Positions 24,488 to 36,955 of a stretch of DNA of 64,000 nt are shown here, in pieces (the first letter of the stretch is position 1; the number at the start of each line of letters is the position of its first letter). The notes under the pieces were generated by a model that did no database searches, was not told the DNA's origin, and saw only the letters and a program-made list of their open reading frames with translations. Source of the stretch: Octopus bimaculoides. Lineage: Eukaryota. The position numbers and the translations under genes were made by a program. The stretch spans positions 9,344,298-9,408,297 of the forward strand of contig NC_068991.1 in NCBI RefSeq assembly GCF_001194135.2, written 5' to 3'.

Positions 24488-25689
24488 TAATAACGTTAGT
24501 AATGATAGAAGCTGCTTCGCAAGCCAAAGAAGACTCTTCATCTTAAGTTGACTCTCGGAAAAGAAAATGACATGGCAGAGCTTTGTCGCAAGGTGCAGTG
24601 CTTCTCTGCATTTCGAATGCGTTGAAGAACTGCCAAAAATATTAAGAGCTTTTATATGTTCACTAAAAAGTAGTTGAAAGAAGCTCTAGCCGATGTTTGG
24701 TGCTTTGTCGTTTCTATCGATCGGAGTAGGATCTAATGAAAACGTGTATCTGATCTTTGAGGCTGAAGATGAGATAAGGGAAATGGGAGAAATGGTGCGT
24801 CATAAACTCACTCATAAACTAGTGCCGAAATGCATGGGTCGATGCAACATAAGTATTAAGGCCAATGACTTCGGTTTAGACGATAAATCTTGGTGCCGAA
24901 TGAACCGGTGGTGAGTGCTGAGGTAACACCAAATGATAGCAGATTTGGTTGGCTCTGCAATAAACATAGAAGCCCTGATGATCTTTGAAGACCACAAAGC
25001 TATTCATGAGCTGAGTTCAGTCGTGGGTGTTGAGAGAAAGAGGAAAAGATTACAAACGGGATACAGAAAACCCAACAAACCTATGACGAAAAGCGTTTGG
25101 GTCGTGACCATCCCGTCTCTGATATATGGTATACTATCGCCTTGGGTCGAGCAATATTTTATGAGTTGAACTTGGTATGCAGAAACTGTGTAAAAGCCCA
25201 TTGTATACACATACGTGTCTGTGTGCGAGTGAAAGAGAGGGGGGAGATTATAAATTCCTTATGCAATTTTAAATTTGCATAAATTAATATTTTTGATATG
25301 GTAGAATTATTCTGTGAAAAGGTTCAGTGAGAGAATTTATTTCATTTTTAGATTGAAATATTTTTGATTGTTAATTTTCAACATATCCACCGCCATTATG
25401 CACACAAAGCTTGAAGCGATTCTGAAGTTGCAGAAATACGTTTTGAGGCTGAATTTTTAAAATCACATTCGTTATCCTATCCCGCAAGCCATCTCAACAA
25501 GTTTGGTCAAATAAATAGCTATATTTAAATGTTTCCGTTAAAAGTTGAAGTAAATATAATTTTTTTTTTCTATTTTCAAAAGCAATAGTTACCATATTTG
25601 ATAGCATAAAAGACACATGCATATTAAACACACCCTTAATTTCAACAACGCATATTCTGGGAAAAAAATTATCAGTGCATTAAATTTTA

Positions 25690-26758
25690 CGACTTCGGAA
25701 TCTCTTACAACTCTTCTGGGCGGTTTCCTTGTTTAAATTGGTGAATGCTGCCGTAATCCTTGCCTTTAGTTCATCTTTAGTGTTACAAGAAGTTTTATTG
25801 GTCTCTCGCTCAACTGCGCCCCACACATAGTAATCAAGGGGTTTCAGTCTGGGGAGTTAGGTGGCCAAATGTTAGGGGTGATGTGGTTGCAGAAATTGTC
25901 TAACCGCCATGACTGGGTTCTCCTGTTTGCGTGACATAGGCTCTTCCAGCAACCACCCTGCTGACCCAGGCACTTGATGTAGGCCTCCGTGCTGAGTCTG
26001 AGGTCGTGTGGGAAGATGAATGGAGGCATAACGTCGCCATCACTAGTGATCACTCCAAACACCATGATGCTTGACTGGACGTTTGATTTTTATCACTCTC
26101 GGTACATGTTTTGGGGGACACGGCAAGCCAACGGTTGTTCTGTGTGTTCACCATTTTGTGAAAAACCAAAGCATGTTCAGTTGGAGGGGATGCTTGAGTT
26201 TATTCAACAGCTTCGTAGTGCGGCCTTCCCTCTTGTTCTTGATGGCTTGGGATAAAAATTGGTCCTTTATCATCTTGTATGTGGAATATCAAATGTCTTC
26301 ATGCACTACCTGCCTGATAAGCAACTCATCCACTCCTATGTCCTTGGTGATGGACCTGATTGACTTGGAGGGATTGTTGTCAATCATGGCCTGGGTCTCA
26401 CCAACAAATTCATGAGTTATTTTCTTATCAGAACGACCAGAGTGAGTTTTCCGAGCTGCCGTACCTTCGTAATCATCATTAGACTCATCCAACTCTTTCC
26501 GAATCCTCTGCACTGTCCTCAAATTGACACCGAAACACTCTGAAATGTTTGTATTGGGGCTTCTGGTATGAATACCAAGCAGTACAGCATGCCGTTTCCA
26601 ATTTTCTAGCAGAGTGAATTGCGCCATGGTACTGTTTTTCTCACAGACGGTGCCCAATTGACCCTACTATACTGTGCAGTCGACAGAATCAAAAACAAAC
26701 AACGCGCATACGCAAAATTAAAGATATAAAATGGCGACAATTTACTCATCGCACCCTG
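25690..26758 (-). mobile_element. Decayed Tc1/mariner (maT/DD37D-like) transposon, one end with TIR
   Basis: Minus-strand fragments: HTH-like N-terminus (ORF 26289-26657), MVFGVITSDGDVMPPFIFP and WPPNSPD*NPLDYYVWGAVERET. Terminus TA|CAGGGTGCG at 26758-26760. Stops, frameshifts and loss of the first catalytic Asp segment. Confidence 0.88.
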
Positions 26759-26764
26759 TATGTA

Positions 26765-26844
<80 letters not shown>

Positions 26845-27254
26845 CATGTATGTATATGTGTGGGTGTGTATTTGTGTGTGTATTATGGGTGTGTTTGTGC
26901 TTGGGTAGGTGATCTGAATAACAGTATGAATAGAAATAATCTCCCCCAAAATATCACAATTTCCCAAACAATAGTTTCGTTAAACTCATGAGAAAGATTT
27001 CTTTGTCTTTCTTTTTCTTTTTCTTTTTCTTTTTCTGCGAGATGGGTGTGATACCTTCGTTTAATCTCTCAAGACCTTTCTTGAGAGAAAGCAAGATATC
27101 AGCGTTTTTGCTTCATTCTTTAGTATTACTATTTCATACTTAATCATCTTTTTGTTTTGTTTTTGTCTTTTTTTGTTTTTTTGCTTTGTTTTTTTTTTCC
27201 TGAGAAGGGTAAGATTATGCCTTTGTATAGCCTCTCCCGGTCCTCATTTTTCTT

Positions 27255-27565
27255 AATGTTACAACCATATGGAAGTGAGATGTTGAGGTCTTGTGGGTCG
27301 TTCATCCTGCAAAACTCGAACGATTCTTGGAGTTACTGGCGCAGCATAGAGGAGAGTCATAAATTTCACCATCGAAGCTTCAGAGAAGGCTACGAAGTGG
27401 TTTTGGATAAGGAGGCCAGAGCAGTGGTTTGTTGCTGCTGGGATGCAAGCTGGGGCTTGACCAACACTTGGCTGAGTCAACAGGGTGAGTAGGTCTGATG
27501 TTGAAAAACTCGAAACTACCATGGACTCCAGAAATGTCACTAACGATGCATCCATTACATCCATT
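27255..27565 (+). mobile_element. HERO-like RLE non-LTR retrotransposon 3' end
   Basis: RG.VGRSSCKT.TILGVTGA..RR.I.FTIEASEKATKWFWIRR followed by a 3' UTR (ctgatgttgaaa..cgaaac..ctccag..cact.acgatg..tcc) that resembles recalled HERO 3' ends. Confidence 0.6.
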
Positions 27566-28281
27566 TCATCTTAATACCAAAACTATCTGCTTTTAGAGCT
27601 TTGCCTGATTATCACGAACCGGAAAATTGGTAAGGTACAAAATAAAAGGAAACGTATATACTATACATGTTTTGTTTTTTTTTGTTCCTTAACTTCAAGT
27701 CTAGACTTCTAATCCCACCAAATATTATAAGGAAATGGTTATCTCCCTTTTACTCGTCGACGCCACATCTTTAGTCTTCCTCTTTCATATTTGATAATCT
27801 TCTTCAACATCTACTTCCATTTCATACCAGCTGTTGTTCAGTCAACACTAACCAATCTTTTTTTTTTTTTTTGTCACTAGGCACTCCGTCGCTTACGACG
27901 TCGAGGGTTCCAGTTGATCCGATCAACGGAACAGCCGGCTCGTGAAATTAACGTGCATCCCAGGAGCAGCAAACCACTGCTCTGGCCTCCTTATTCAAAA
28001 GTACCGACTTTAAGCACGCATGTGCAGGAGGCAGTGTAACAATAATAACGATATGTTATGGCGAAAGTACGGATAATTTTTTGACTTACCCTTGTATTTT
28101 CTAAAGTTATTATATTTCCCAAAAAGATTAGTAAAAAGCGTGAGCATGGCTGAGTGGGTTAGAAGTTTGCTTTGCAGCAACCTGGTTTGGTGTTCCATCC
28201 TCTGCGTGACGCCTTCGACATATGTCATCTACTATAGCCTCGGACCGACCAAAGCTTTATGAATGAATTTGGAAGCCTGTC

Positions 28282-28314
<33 letters not shown>

Positions 28315-28318
<4 letters not shown>

Positions 28319-28560
28319 GTTGGCAACTAAGTTCCCGCCGTTTTTTTAAATTTCGGAATTTATTGCGTTTTTAAATTTTGGAATCTATTTCTTTTTCGTT
28401 TTTTCCGAATTCCTCACGCAAAGCATTGGCCAACTTGGAGCTGCAATAGAGAAACATTTGCTCTAAGTACAGCTCAGTTCTCAAGAACCACCCGAAGCGT
28501 TTGGTTGCAGCGAAGCAAACTTATAGCTACACGGCTTTACCTACATTTTTTTTTAATTAC
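28315..28560 (+). mobile_element. Mariner-type TIR and left-end remnant
   Basis: TA|TTGGGTTGGCAACTAAGT resembles mellifera-subfamily mariner TIRs (recalled); no partner TIR found; right boundary uncertain. Confidence 0.45.
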
Positions 28561-29488
28561 TTTTTATCTTGTGGTAATATATCAGGGAGTGAAATTTATC
28601 TAAAAAACTTGTTGCGTGCCTAGAAAAAGAATCTCAATTTAGTTAGCTGGAATATTTCTCGAGTGGTTCTTAACAGGAACTGTGAGTGGTATTGGCGACA
28701 GAGTGTCGTCGCTACTATTTCCTTCACTCTTCAACAGTTTCTGATCTTCTCTCTGTTGCTGGATTCTCACAGCTACCCACACCAAAATTCCAACTCTTTC
28801 GCTATTATTATATTCATCTCTCCTTCTTCATTGAGTATTGCTTTAACTCCCCTTGCACCCAGGGTTTTCATTCTTTGTTCATTATTTCATTCATTCACGT
28901 TCTTATTTTTTTCTTTCATTCATGCATATATTCTTTAATTCTTTCATACATTCTTCCTTTCATTCAAAGCTAAGAGAGAGGATGAATGTTCTTATAGGGG
29001 GACAACCGCATCTAAGGGNNNNNNNNNNNNNNNNNNNNNNNNNNNNNNNNNNNNNNNNNNNNNNNNNNNNNNNNNNNNNNNNNNNNNNNNNNNNNNNNNN
29101 NNNNNNNNNNNNNNNNNNNNNNNNNNNNNNNNNNNNNNNNNNNNNNNNNNNNNNNNNNNNNNNNNNNNNNNNNNNNNNNNNNNNNNNNNNNNNNNNNNNN
29201 NNNNNNNNNNNNNNNNNNNNNNNNNNNNNNNNNNNNNNNNNNNNNNNNNNNNNNNNNNNNNNNNNNNNNNNNNNNNNNNNNNNNNNNNNNNNNNNNNNNN
29301 NNNNNNNNNNNNNNNNNNNNNNNNNNNNNNNNNNNNNNNNNNNNNNNNNNNNNNNNNNNNNNNNNNNNNNNNNNNNNNNNNNNNNNNNNNNNNNNNNNNN
29401 NNNNNNNNNNNNNNNNNNNNNNNNNNNNNNNNNNNNAAAAGCCTCAGAGTCGTTTAAAATTATTACGATAGATTTTTCTTATTCTTCT

Positions 29489-29573
<85 letters not shown>

Positions 29574-30719
29574 TTGGCCTGCTTTTCATCTCACAACAGA
29601 CAGTGAATTCGTGCGTCCGTGACTTTATATCCAATACTAGTGTCGAGTCGTGAAGAACAATTAAATTCTACGAACTTCAAAGGGAATCAGTAGACTACAA
29701 AGAAACTAATGACTGCCTTTATCTACCTTGGCAAGTAGTCAGTGAGGAGGTTCACAAAGTAATATTAGTAGGCCAGGACAAACAGGGGGGATCTGGCGTT
29801 TCTTTTCGTCGTGTCAAACTAGCTTATACCACTCAGTGAACTTTTTCTACGAGCTTCAATTGAACCGGCTGTCAAGCAACAAGAATTAGCTTTTCTAGAA
29901 ACATTCTGCTTACTTGCGGTTCGGTTTACTTGATGACAAGCAAAATGGTGGAAGAGAGCGTGAATCTGTCCTAAGAACGAAATAGTATTTGCGTGTGAAT
30001 GTGTGCTTGTGTGAGTGTGTGTGTGCGTGTCTGTGTGTTTCTGCAGAAAGAGGGGAGGGGGTGAAATGGAGACAGAAGATAGAGGCAACAAGGGAGATAA
30101 CTGAAGTGTGGTGATAAAATCCGTGCGGCCTACATTGCAGGTTCGCTGACATGTTGAGTCATTTCACTCTACCTCCACCAACATGTGAGACTCTTTAAGG
30201 TCACCAGACCTGCCAGAAACAGCAGCCAAATTCCCTGTAATTTATGCCCAACCGTTTAAAAAAAGATAACTATAACTATATTGCGTAGTCTTGGATAAAT
30301 GATAGGAAAAAAAACAAACAAACAAACGTGATGATTATGCCTGAAACGCTTTTGATGATAAGCCTATTCAGTCAGATTTGGTACATAAGGTTAAACAACT
30401 AATTACTTGTATCTGCCATTTCCAATCGTAGTTAAAGCCAGAAGAGTGGACTAGGCTCTCATAGACTTGCTCTTTATGCGTTTCACCAACACGTAATAGA
30501 CTTACTCTCGCTCTCTCCTTCTTTCTCTCTCTCTTTCTTTCTTTCTCTTTCTCTCTTATCTAAAAAGTGCGAAACTAAATACTATAATGGCGTTTGTTTC
30601 GGTGTATAATCTTATCAGCCAAGCCATCTTCTCTGTCCGAAACATGAATAATAGAAACAAAACGTTAATTGTCGCACGCTGATTTTTTTCTTTCTTTCTT
30701 TATCGTGAACAAAATGAAA

Positions 30720-30720
<1 letters not shown>

Positions 30721-30805
<85 letters not shown>
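30721..30805. repeat. (TG)n microsatellite
   Basis: Read directly. Confidence 0.95.
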
Positions 30806-30812
<7 letters not shown>

Positions 30813-31430
30813 TGTCTGTCTGTGTAGATGTACTTAATGTACGTTTCTAGACATTGTGGATGAGATGGTAGGTATCCATAATGTGTCGAGCAACTTAAAA
30901 TATATTCATGACAAATAATTGTTTCAAGTCTATTTGTTGTTTTTTTTTTATTTATTCGTATTTCTATTTTAACAAATTGAGTGAGAATCAGTTTTCCAAA
31001 TGATTGTAAAGATTCTTTTAAGTTGCCCGGGTTGTAAGGCATTCGCTGCTGGATGTTGTTATTGCTGCTGTTGTTGTGACTATGATGATGATGATGATGA
31101 TGACGATGATGATGTTGCTGCTGCTGCTGCTACTACTTAGCCGCAGACCAGCACTGACTGAACAGATTTGTGGTCAAAGTTACTTCAGCTGCAACAATCT
31201 TGTCTTATATGTAGTCGTATCGCATCTCAGGCTACGTTGTGCAATATATATAGCCTTTCCTGTCTAGACGATTTGGTCTGATTGAAGGGAGATTTTGGTA
31301 TTATTTCTAGAAGTCGATTATTCTTTGAGAAAGTGGGAGTGAGAGAGAAAGAAGCTCAGATGTCAGCTTAATACTAATAATGGTTTTGTTTGAGATAAAA
31401 ACCATACTCTTTCTCAATTGTATGAAGGGT

Positions 31431-31498
31431 GACCAGTAAATTCCACCTTGGTAAATTCCACCACGGAAAATTTTACCAGGTAAATTCCACCATGGTAA

Positions 31499-31500
<2 letters not shown>
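31431..31500. repeat. Four GGTAAATTCCACC-like units, probable MITE subterminal array
   Basis: Read directly; followed by (ATT)n and an N gap. Confidence 0.6.
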
Positions 31501-31560
<60 letters not shown>

Positions 31561-31801
31561 NNNNNNNNNNNNNNNNNNNNNNNNNNNNNNNNNNNNNNNN
31601 NNNNNNNNNNNNNNNNNNNNNNNNNNNNNNNNNNNNNNNNNNNNNNNNNNNNNNNNNNNNNNNNNNNNNNNNNNNNNNNNNNNNNNNNNNNNNNNNNNNN
31701 NNNNNNNNNNNNNNNNNNNNNNNNNNNNNNNNNNNNNNNNNNNNNNNNNNNNNNNNNNNNNNNNNNNNNNNNNNNNNNNNNNNNNNNNNNNNNNNNNNNN
31801 N

Positions 31802-32133
31802 GATCGCGGTTTCGATTCCCAGACCGGGCGTTGTGAGTGTTTATTGAGCGAAAACACCTAAAGCTCCACGAGGCTCCGGCAGGGGATGGTGGCGAACCCT
31901 GCTGTACTCTTTCACCACAACTTTTTCTCACTCTTACTTCCTGTTTCTGTTGTGCCTGTAATTCAAAGGGTCAGCCTTGTCACACTGTGTCACGCTGAAT
32001 ATCCCCGAGAACTAGGTTAAGGGTACACGTGTCTGTGGAGTGCTCAGCGACTTGCACGTTAATTTCACGAGCAGGCTGTTCCGTTGATCGGATCAACTGG
32101 AACCCTCGACGTCGTAAGCGACGGAGTGCCAAA
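31802..32133 (+). mobile_element. SINE family C
   Basis: ggtttcgattccc B box; ends gaaccctcgacgtcgtaagcgacggagtgcc. Confidence 0.85.
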
Positions 32134-32567
32134 AACAAATACTTGTGCTTGTCTATTTTCAAATACATGTCACTAACCGTTCTGAGTTATTTCTCTTACT
32201 TCATTTTTTTGCTTAAATTATGTCTATTTACTCGTTTTTAGAAGTAATAATATCAGAATATGTTGTTATGTGTGTGTGATCTGATCACTTACATTGTATA
32301 TCGACACAGTGAGGTGATAGACCGCAGGTGTGTGAGGAAACACGTGTGAAATTAAGCGTGAAATGGAATAAATGGGTTATTGGAAATAGTGTTTCTATAT
32401 CGTGAATATGGCGAATACATTAGGACGTCAATAACCTTGCGCGCGTGTGTGTGTGTGCGCGCGCGTGCGTACATGTGTCTGTGTAAATAGAAGAGGTAGG
32501 AAGACAAAATTATAACACAATGTGTCTGTGTATCTGTGTATATATATATACATATACACATATACAT

Positions 32568-32600
32568 ACTAGCGGAGATACCCGGCGTTGCTCGCGAGTA
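32568..32600 (+). mobile_element. Helitron/HINE-like terminal motif
   Basis: ACTAGCGGAGATACCCGGCGTTGCTCG resembles recalled 5' ends of non-autonomous Helitron-type elements; flanked by a degenerate duplication of about 230 bp. Confidence 0.4.
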
Positions 32601-33345
32601 AAATGTCATAGTTTGTATATATACATATACANNNNNNNNNNNNNNNNNNTATATATATGTAACTGTGTATTTACAATGCATTGTTGAGGTAATGTAATAA
32701 GAACGAAATATGTCCAGAATTGTCACCATAGATACCAAAAACCAGACTCATTCCCTAACCCTGCAAATCTCTATTTATTCTCTGGTCCATTGAAATATAG
32801 AGTTCTCTCCCTTGCCCCATTTGTTAGTAATTTTCATTGCCGTTAATGGATTTTCTTCTCATTACAGTTATAATGCACTCTTTCGAAAAATCACTATCTT
32901 CATTTATTTATTTTATTTTAACAAGTAACACTCGCCGAACGTGTGCTGTCAAGTGTGTCTGCATCACCTGATCAATTATATTGTATCTCGATGCAGTGAG
33001 ATGATAAACCACAGGTGTATGATAAATACAACGATGAAGTTAACTGTAAAAGTGAATAAATGAATGCATTGAAATAGTGCTTGCGTAATAAATCGTGAAT
33101 CCGACTAAAACATTAGAATGTTAATACCAATATATGTCCGTGTGTATGTGGATTCAGATATATAAATAGATAGAAGAGGAGATAGATGTATGAAATGATG
33201 GTGAGCTAGCTAGCTAGCATTTCATCCATGAATGAGACTATAACTTATCTATCTTTCTTTCTTTCTAACTGTCTGTCTCTCTATGGAGAGACAGACAGTT
33301 AGAAAGATAGAAAGACAGACAGACAGGCAGATAGATAGACAGATA

Positions 33346-33578
33346 GGCGGCGAGCTGGCAGAAATGTTAGCACGCCGGGCGAAATGCTTAGCGGTATTTC
33401 GTCTGCCGTTACGTTCTGAGTTCAAATTCCGCCGAAGTCGACTTTGTCTTTCATCCTTTCGGGGTCGATAAATTAAGTACCAGTTACACACTGGGGTCGA
33501 TGTAATCGACTTAATCCCTTTGTCTGTCCTTACTTGTCCCCTCTATGTTTAGCCCTTTGTGGGCAATAAAGAAATAAG
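33346..33578 (+). mobile_element. SINE family A, full length, tail type 2
   Basis: Highly similar to 9741-9973. Confidence 0.9.
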
Positions 33579-33895
33579 ATTTTGTATGTCTGGAATTCAA
33601 CTTCATGCATGCTATTGAAATTGTCATTCTGCAAGATTTTGATTGTAAGCTGGAGTAAGAGTTTTCGGAAGTAGTACGACACTGTTTACTTTGTTGTCTT
33701 CCGTGACTTTTATTTTCAAATTCAATTTGATAAGTGCCAACGCACGAAACTCTCGGCCCTTAATTCACTCTGTTCTTGCTTGCATCACCGAATCTGTATT
33801 TTCAAATTCATATATTTGAATTCTATGATATAAAATGTATTGATAATCAAATTTTATTTATTTATTTAACCAAACTTTTTTATCATTTTCCACAG

Positions 33896-34408
33896 GGTAA
33901 AGGTCGCATGGAAAGCTACTGGCTGAATGCAAAAACGAAGAAAATCAGGCTACCGAATCGAAGAATCAAAATAAAAAAAGCAACCAGTGTGAAATATAAG
34001 GCAGAACACATTATTCTTGAACAAAGCGAAGAACTGGACGACCGTCTAACACCGGATGTTACTAATAAGCTACTAAACGACTTGGAAAACCCAGACACTG
34101 TGCATTCTGAAAGATCTGAAGTGTATTCTCCTGTTAGTTATGAAACAACTGATAGCTCCACTGGGAGCTCTCCGGGGCGGCGTCCTAAAAAGAAATCCGC
34201 CACTCCAACGTATTGCCCCGTTCACTGCAGCCGCTGCTTAGAGAACAACTCGAACACAGACATTTGCAAACAGAGCGGGTCGACGGAATTGTTAACTAAG
34301 GCGGATGATAACATGTTTAAATCAGATTTTGCTGCAGCAAATGGAATGCCGAAAAAATTTGCGTCAAGAACAGGCAAAAGAAACAGCAGTTTATGTTCTC
34401 TGATTTAA
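33896..34408 (+). CDS. Gyc88E: Terminal coding exon: GKGRMESYWL plus a long low-complexity tail ending KRNSSLCSLI*
   Basis: Acceptor tcattttccacag| at 33895; completes VK|GKG.M.[ST]YWL; 170 codons open to TAA at 34406-34408. Confidence 0.93.
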   Translation, partial: GKGRMESYWLNAKTKKIRLPNRRIKIKKATSVKYKAEHIILEQSEELDDRLTPDVTNKLLNDLENPDTVHSERSEVYSPVSYETTDSSTGSSPGRRPKKKSATPTYCPVHCSRCLENNSNTDICKQSGSTELLTKADDNMFKSDFAAANGMPKKFASRTGKRNSSLCSLI

Positions 34409-34682
34409 TTCCTAAAGTCTATTTAGACGACTCTAGCGGCCATATCTAAAAACTAAACAAAAAAAATCAAGTCTAAACAAAAAGAAAGAGTATAACACTG
34501 TTTTATTATATTTATTGTTTTGGTTTTGGTTTTTGGTAACATTTTTTTTTCTTTTTGAAGACTGATATTGTTAATTACGTTAATAATATTTCAATTATGT
34601 GTCATGACCGATTCTTTATTAGTGTTGTTGCTGTTCTTGTTCTGTTTTCTTGGGGTTGTTTTCTCCTTTGTTTTTTCTTTTT

Positions 34683-34895
34683 TGGTAGAATCATTAGCAC
34701 ACCGGATAAAATTCCTTGCGGTATTTTTTCCGGCTTTTTTACATTCTGAGTTCAAATCTCACCGAGATCATCTTTACCGTTCATATCTCCGGAGTCGATA
34801 AAATAAAGTACCAGTCAAGTACTAAGAGTCGATGTAATCGACTAACCTGTCCTTTAAAACTGCTGACCTTGTGTCTATGTGGGGAAACTGTTAGT

Positions 34896-34990
<95 letters not shown>

Positions 34991-36635
34991 GGCGGCGAAC
35001 TGGCAGAATCGTTAACACGCTGGACGAAATGCTTAGCGGTATTTCGTTCGTCTTCACGTTCTGAGTTCAAATTCCGCCGAGGTTGACTTTGCCTTCCATC
35101 CTTTCGGGGTTGAAAAATTAAGTACCAGTTGAGTACTGGGGTCGATCTAATCGACTGTCCCCTCCCACAAAATCCAGGCCGTGTGCCTATAGTAGAAAGG
35201 ATTATTATTATTATTATTTACGTTAGGGTTGCTTTGTTTTATATGAGCTGTTCCAAGTTTCACCCAGAGACCGAAAGTAGCAGCAAGCTGGACGTTTGAC
35301 CATCGGTGTTATTAATGATTAGTAATGATATAGTGTATGTGAAGGAGACCAGAATCTGAGAACTCTGATTTTGTTAAATTTGCAATATTTCTGTTTTGAT
35401 AGAGTTTTAACAGAATCAGATGTTTTCATGTTGACGATATTTTTTAAGGACGTTGGGCAGTACCCATGAGAACAATTTTTTTTGTAGTTCTGATACCGTT
35501 TGGTTTCCTGGTATTTGGCCATAGTGTTTAAGAGTGCCTTTTGATATTGTCCCTAAAGCTCCAATGATTACAAAGTACACTTGTTGTTCTTAGATGCCAC
35601 ATTTATAGACCTCTATTTCAAGGTTATTATATGATTAATTTTTTTCAGACAATTTTACAAAGCGTTGCAGTCTGCTGAGATTGACATGTTTTGTCAACGT
35701 GATTTTTTATCACAATATCTGGTCAGTTGGCCAATGTAGCACGATCAGTTTGGAGACTAAATTCCCAAACAACGGTGACATCTTCATTTCTTTACTATTT
35801 TGACAGGTTTAAGTTCCCACTAGTTCTCAGACAGGAGTCCAGACTTATGGTAAGAGTCAGAACATATACTGACCAAGTCCATCATGGCGAATAATATATT
35901 CCCTTGAGGCTAGGATGGAGCGACTAGAAATGAAATGGTCAATTATTTCCCTGGCTGCACCACAAAAACAACAGGCAACGTCGGCACCATTTTTAATAAA
36001 GCACACTTAGTAGTTTTTTTGGTGGGAAGATATTGATCCAGAGCTTCTATAATAAAGCCTCGTTTCTAATTTAAATCCAGATGCAGTCAACTCTTGGTGG
36101 ACCATATTCGTATCTACATCTGGATCTCTTGACCTTATAGGGTTTTATCATGCAATACGTTACTTTTTCCCTGCACTTCGCAGCACTAAGATTATTATTA
36201 TTAAAGCGGCGAAATGGCAGAATGGTTAACACGCTGGACGAAATACTTAGCGGCGTTTCGCCCGACGCTACATTCTTAGTTCAAATTCCGCCGAGATCGA
36301 CTTTGCCTTTCATCCGTTCGGGGTCGATAAATTAAGTACTAGTGAAACACTATGGTCGATGTAATCGACTTACCCCTCCCCCAAGATGGCTGCCCTTGTG
36401 GCAAAATTTGAAATTATTATTAAGGCGGCGAGCTGGTACAATCGTCAACACATCGGGAAAAATGCTTAGCGGCATTTCGTCTGCCGTTACGTTCTGAGTT
36501 CAAATGCTGCCGTGGTCGACTTTTCCTTTCATCCTTTCGGGGTCGATAAATCAAGTACCAGTGAAATTCTGGGGTCGATGTAATTGACTAGTTCCCTCCT
36601 CCAAAACTTCAGGTCTTGTGCCTATAATGGAAAGG

Positions 36636-36667
<32 letters not shown>

Positions 36668-36955
36668 TATTATTATTATTATTATTATTGTTGTTGTTGT
36701 TGTTGTTGTTGTTGTTAAGGCGGTGAGCTTGCAGAATCGTTGCCGCGCCGGGTGAAACGCTTAGTGGTATTTCGTCTGCTGCTACGTTCTGAGTTCAAAT
36801 TCCGCCGAGGTTGACTTTACTATATGCTTTTACTATAGGCCTTGTGCCTGTAGTAAAAAGGATCATTATGCGAAATTTAATAAAGTCCTGAGTTGGAAAC
36901 AAGTCGGGGCCGACTTGCCTTCATCCTTCGGGGTCGAAGGTCGACAAGTTTATGT
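34683..36955 (+). mobile_element. Cluster of six same-strand SINE A copies downstream of the stop codon
   Basis: Copies at about 34683, 34991, 36205, 36424, 36719 and a partial at about 36905; several are separated by ATT/ATC/GTT arrays. Confidence 0.85.
34898..34988. repeat. (ATT)n microsatellite
   Basis: Read directly; lies between two SINE A copies. Confidence 0.95.

Larger units (their letters stand above)
41..34408 (+). other. Gyc88E: Partial gene model (5' part outside the window): atypical soluble guanylate cyclase, Gyc-88E/MsGC-beta3/sGC-beta2-like; 5 coding exons, 4 introns
   Basis: Exons join in frame (147+157+110+90+513 = 1017 nt, 338 aa + stop) across GT-AG introns of phase 0,1,0,0 into a contiguous class III cyclase domain. 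The [16 protein letters not shown] segment resembles Gyc-88E-type enzymes more than sGC alpha1/beta1. The orthology call is from recalled sequence and needs a phylogeny. Confidence 0.85.

Noticed and set aside
24693-25282. Cluster of short overlapping ORFs
   Set aside because: No motif recognised in any frame; probably decayed repeat DNA that cannot be classified by eye.
27490-27560. ctgatg...cgaaac in the HERO-like 3' UTR as a hammerhead
   Set aside because: CUGAUGU lacks A9 and the helices do not close in any hammerhead topology.
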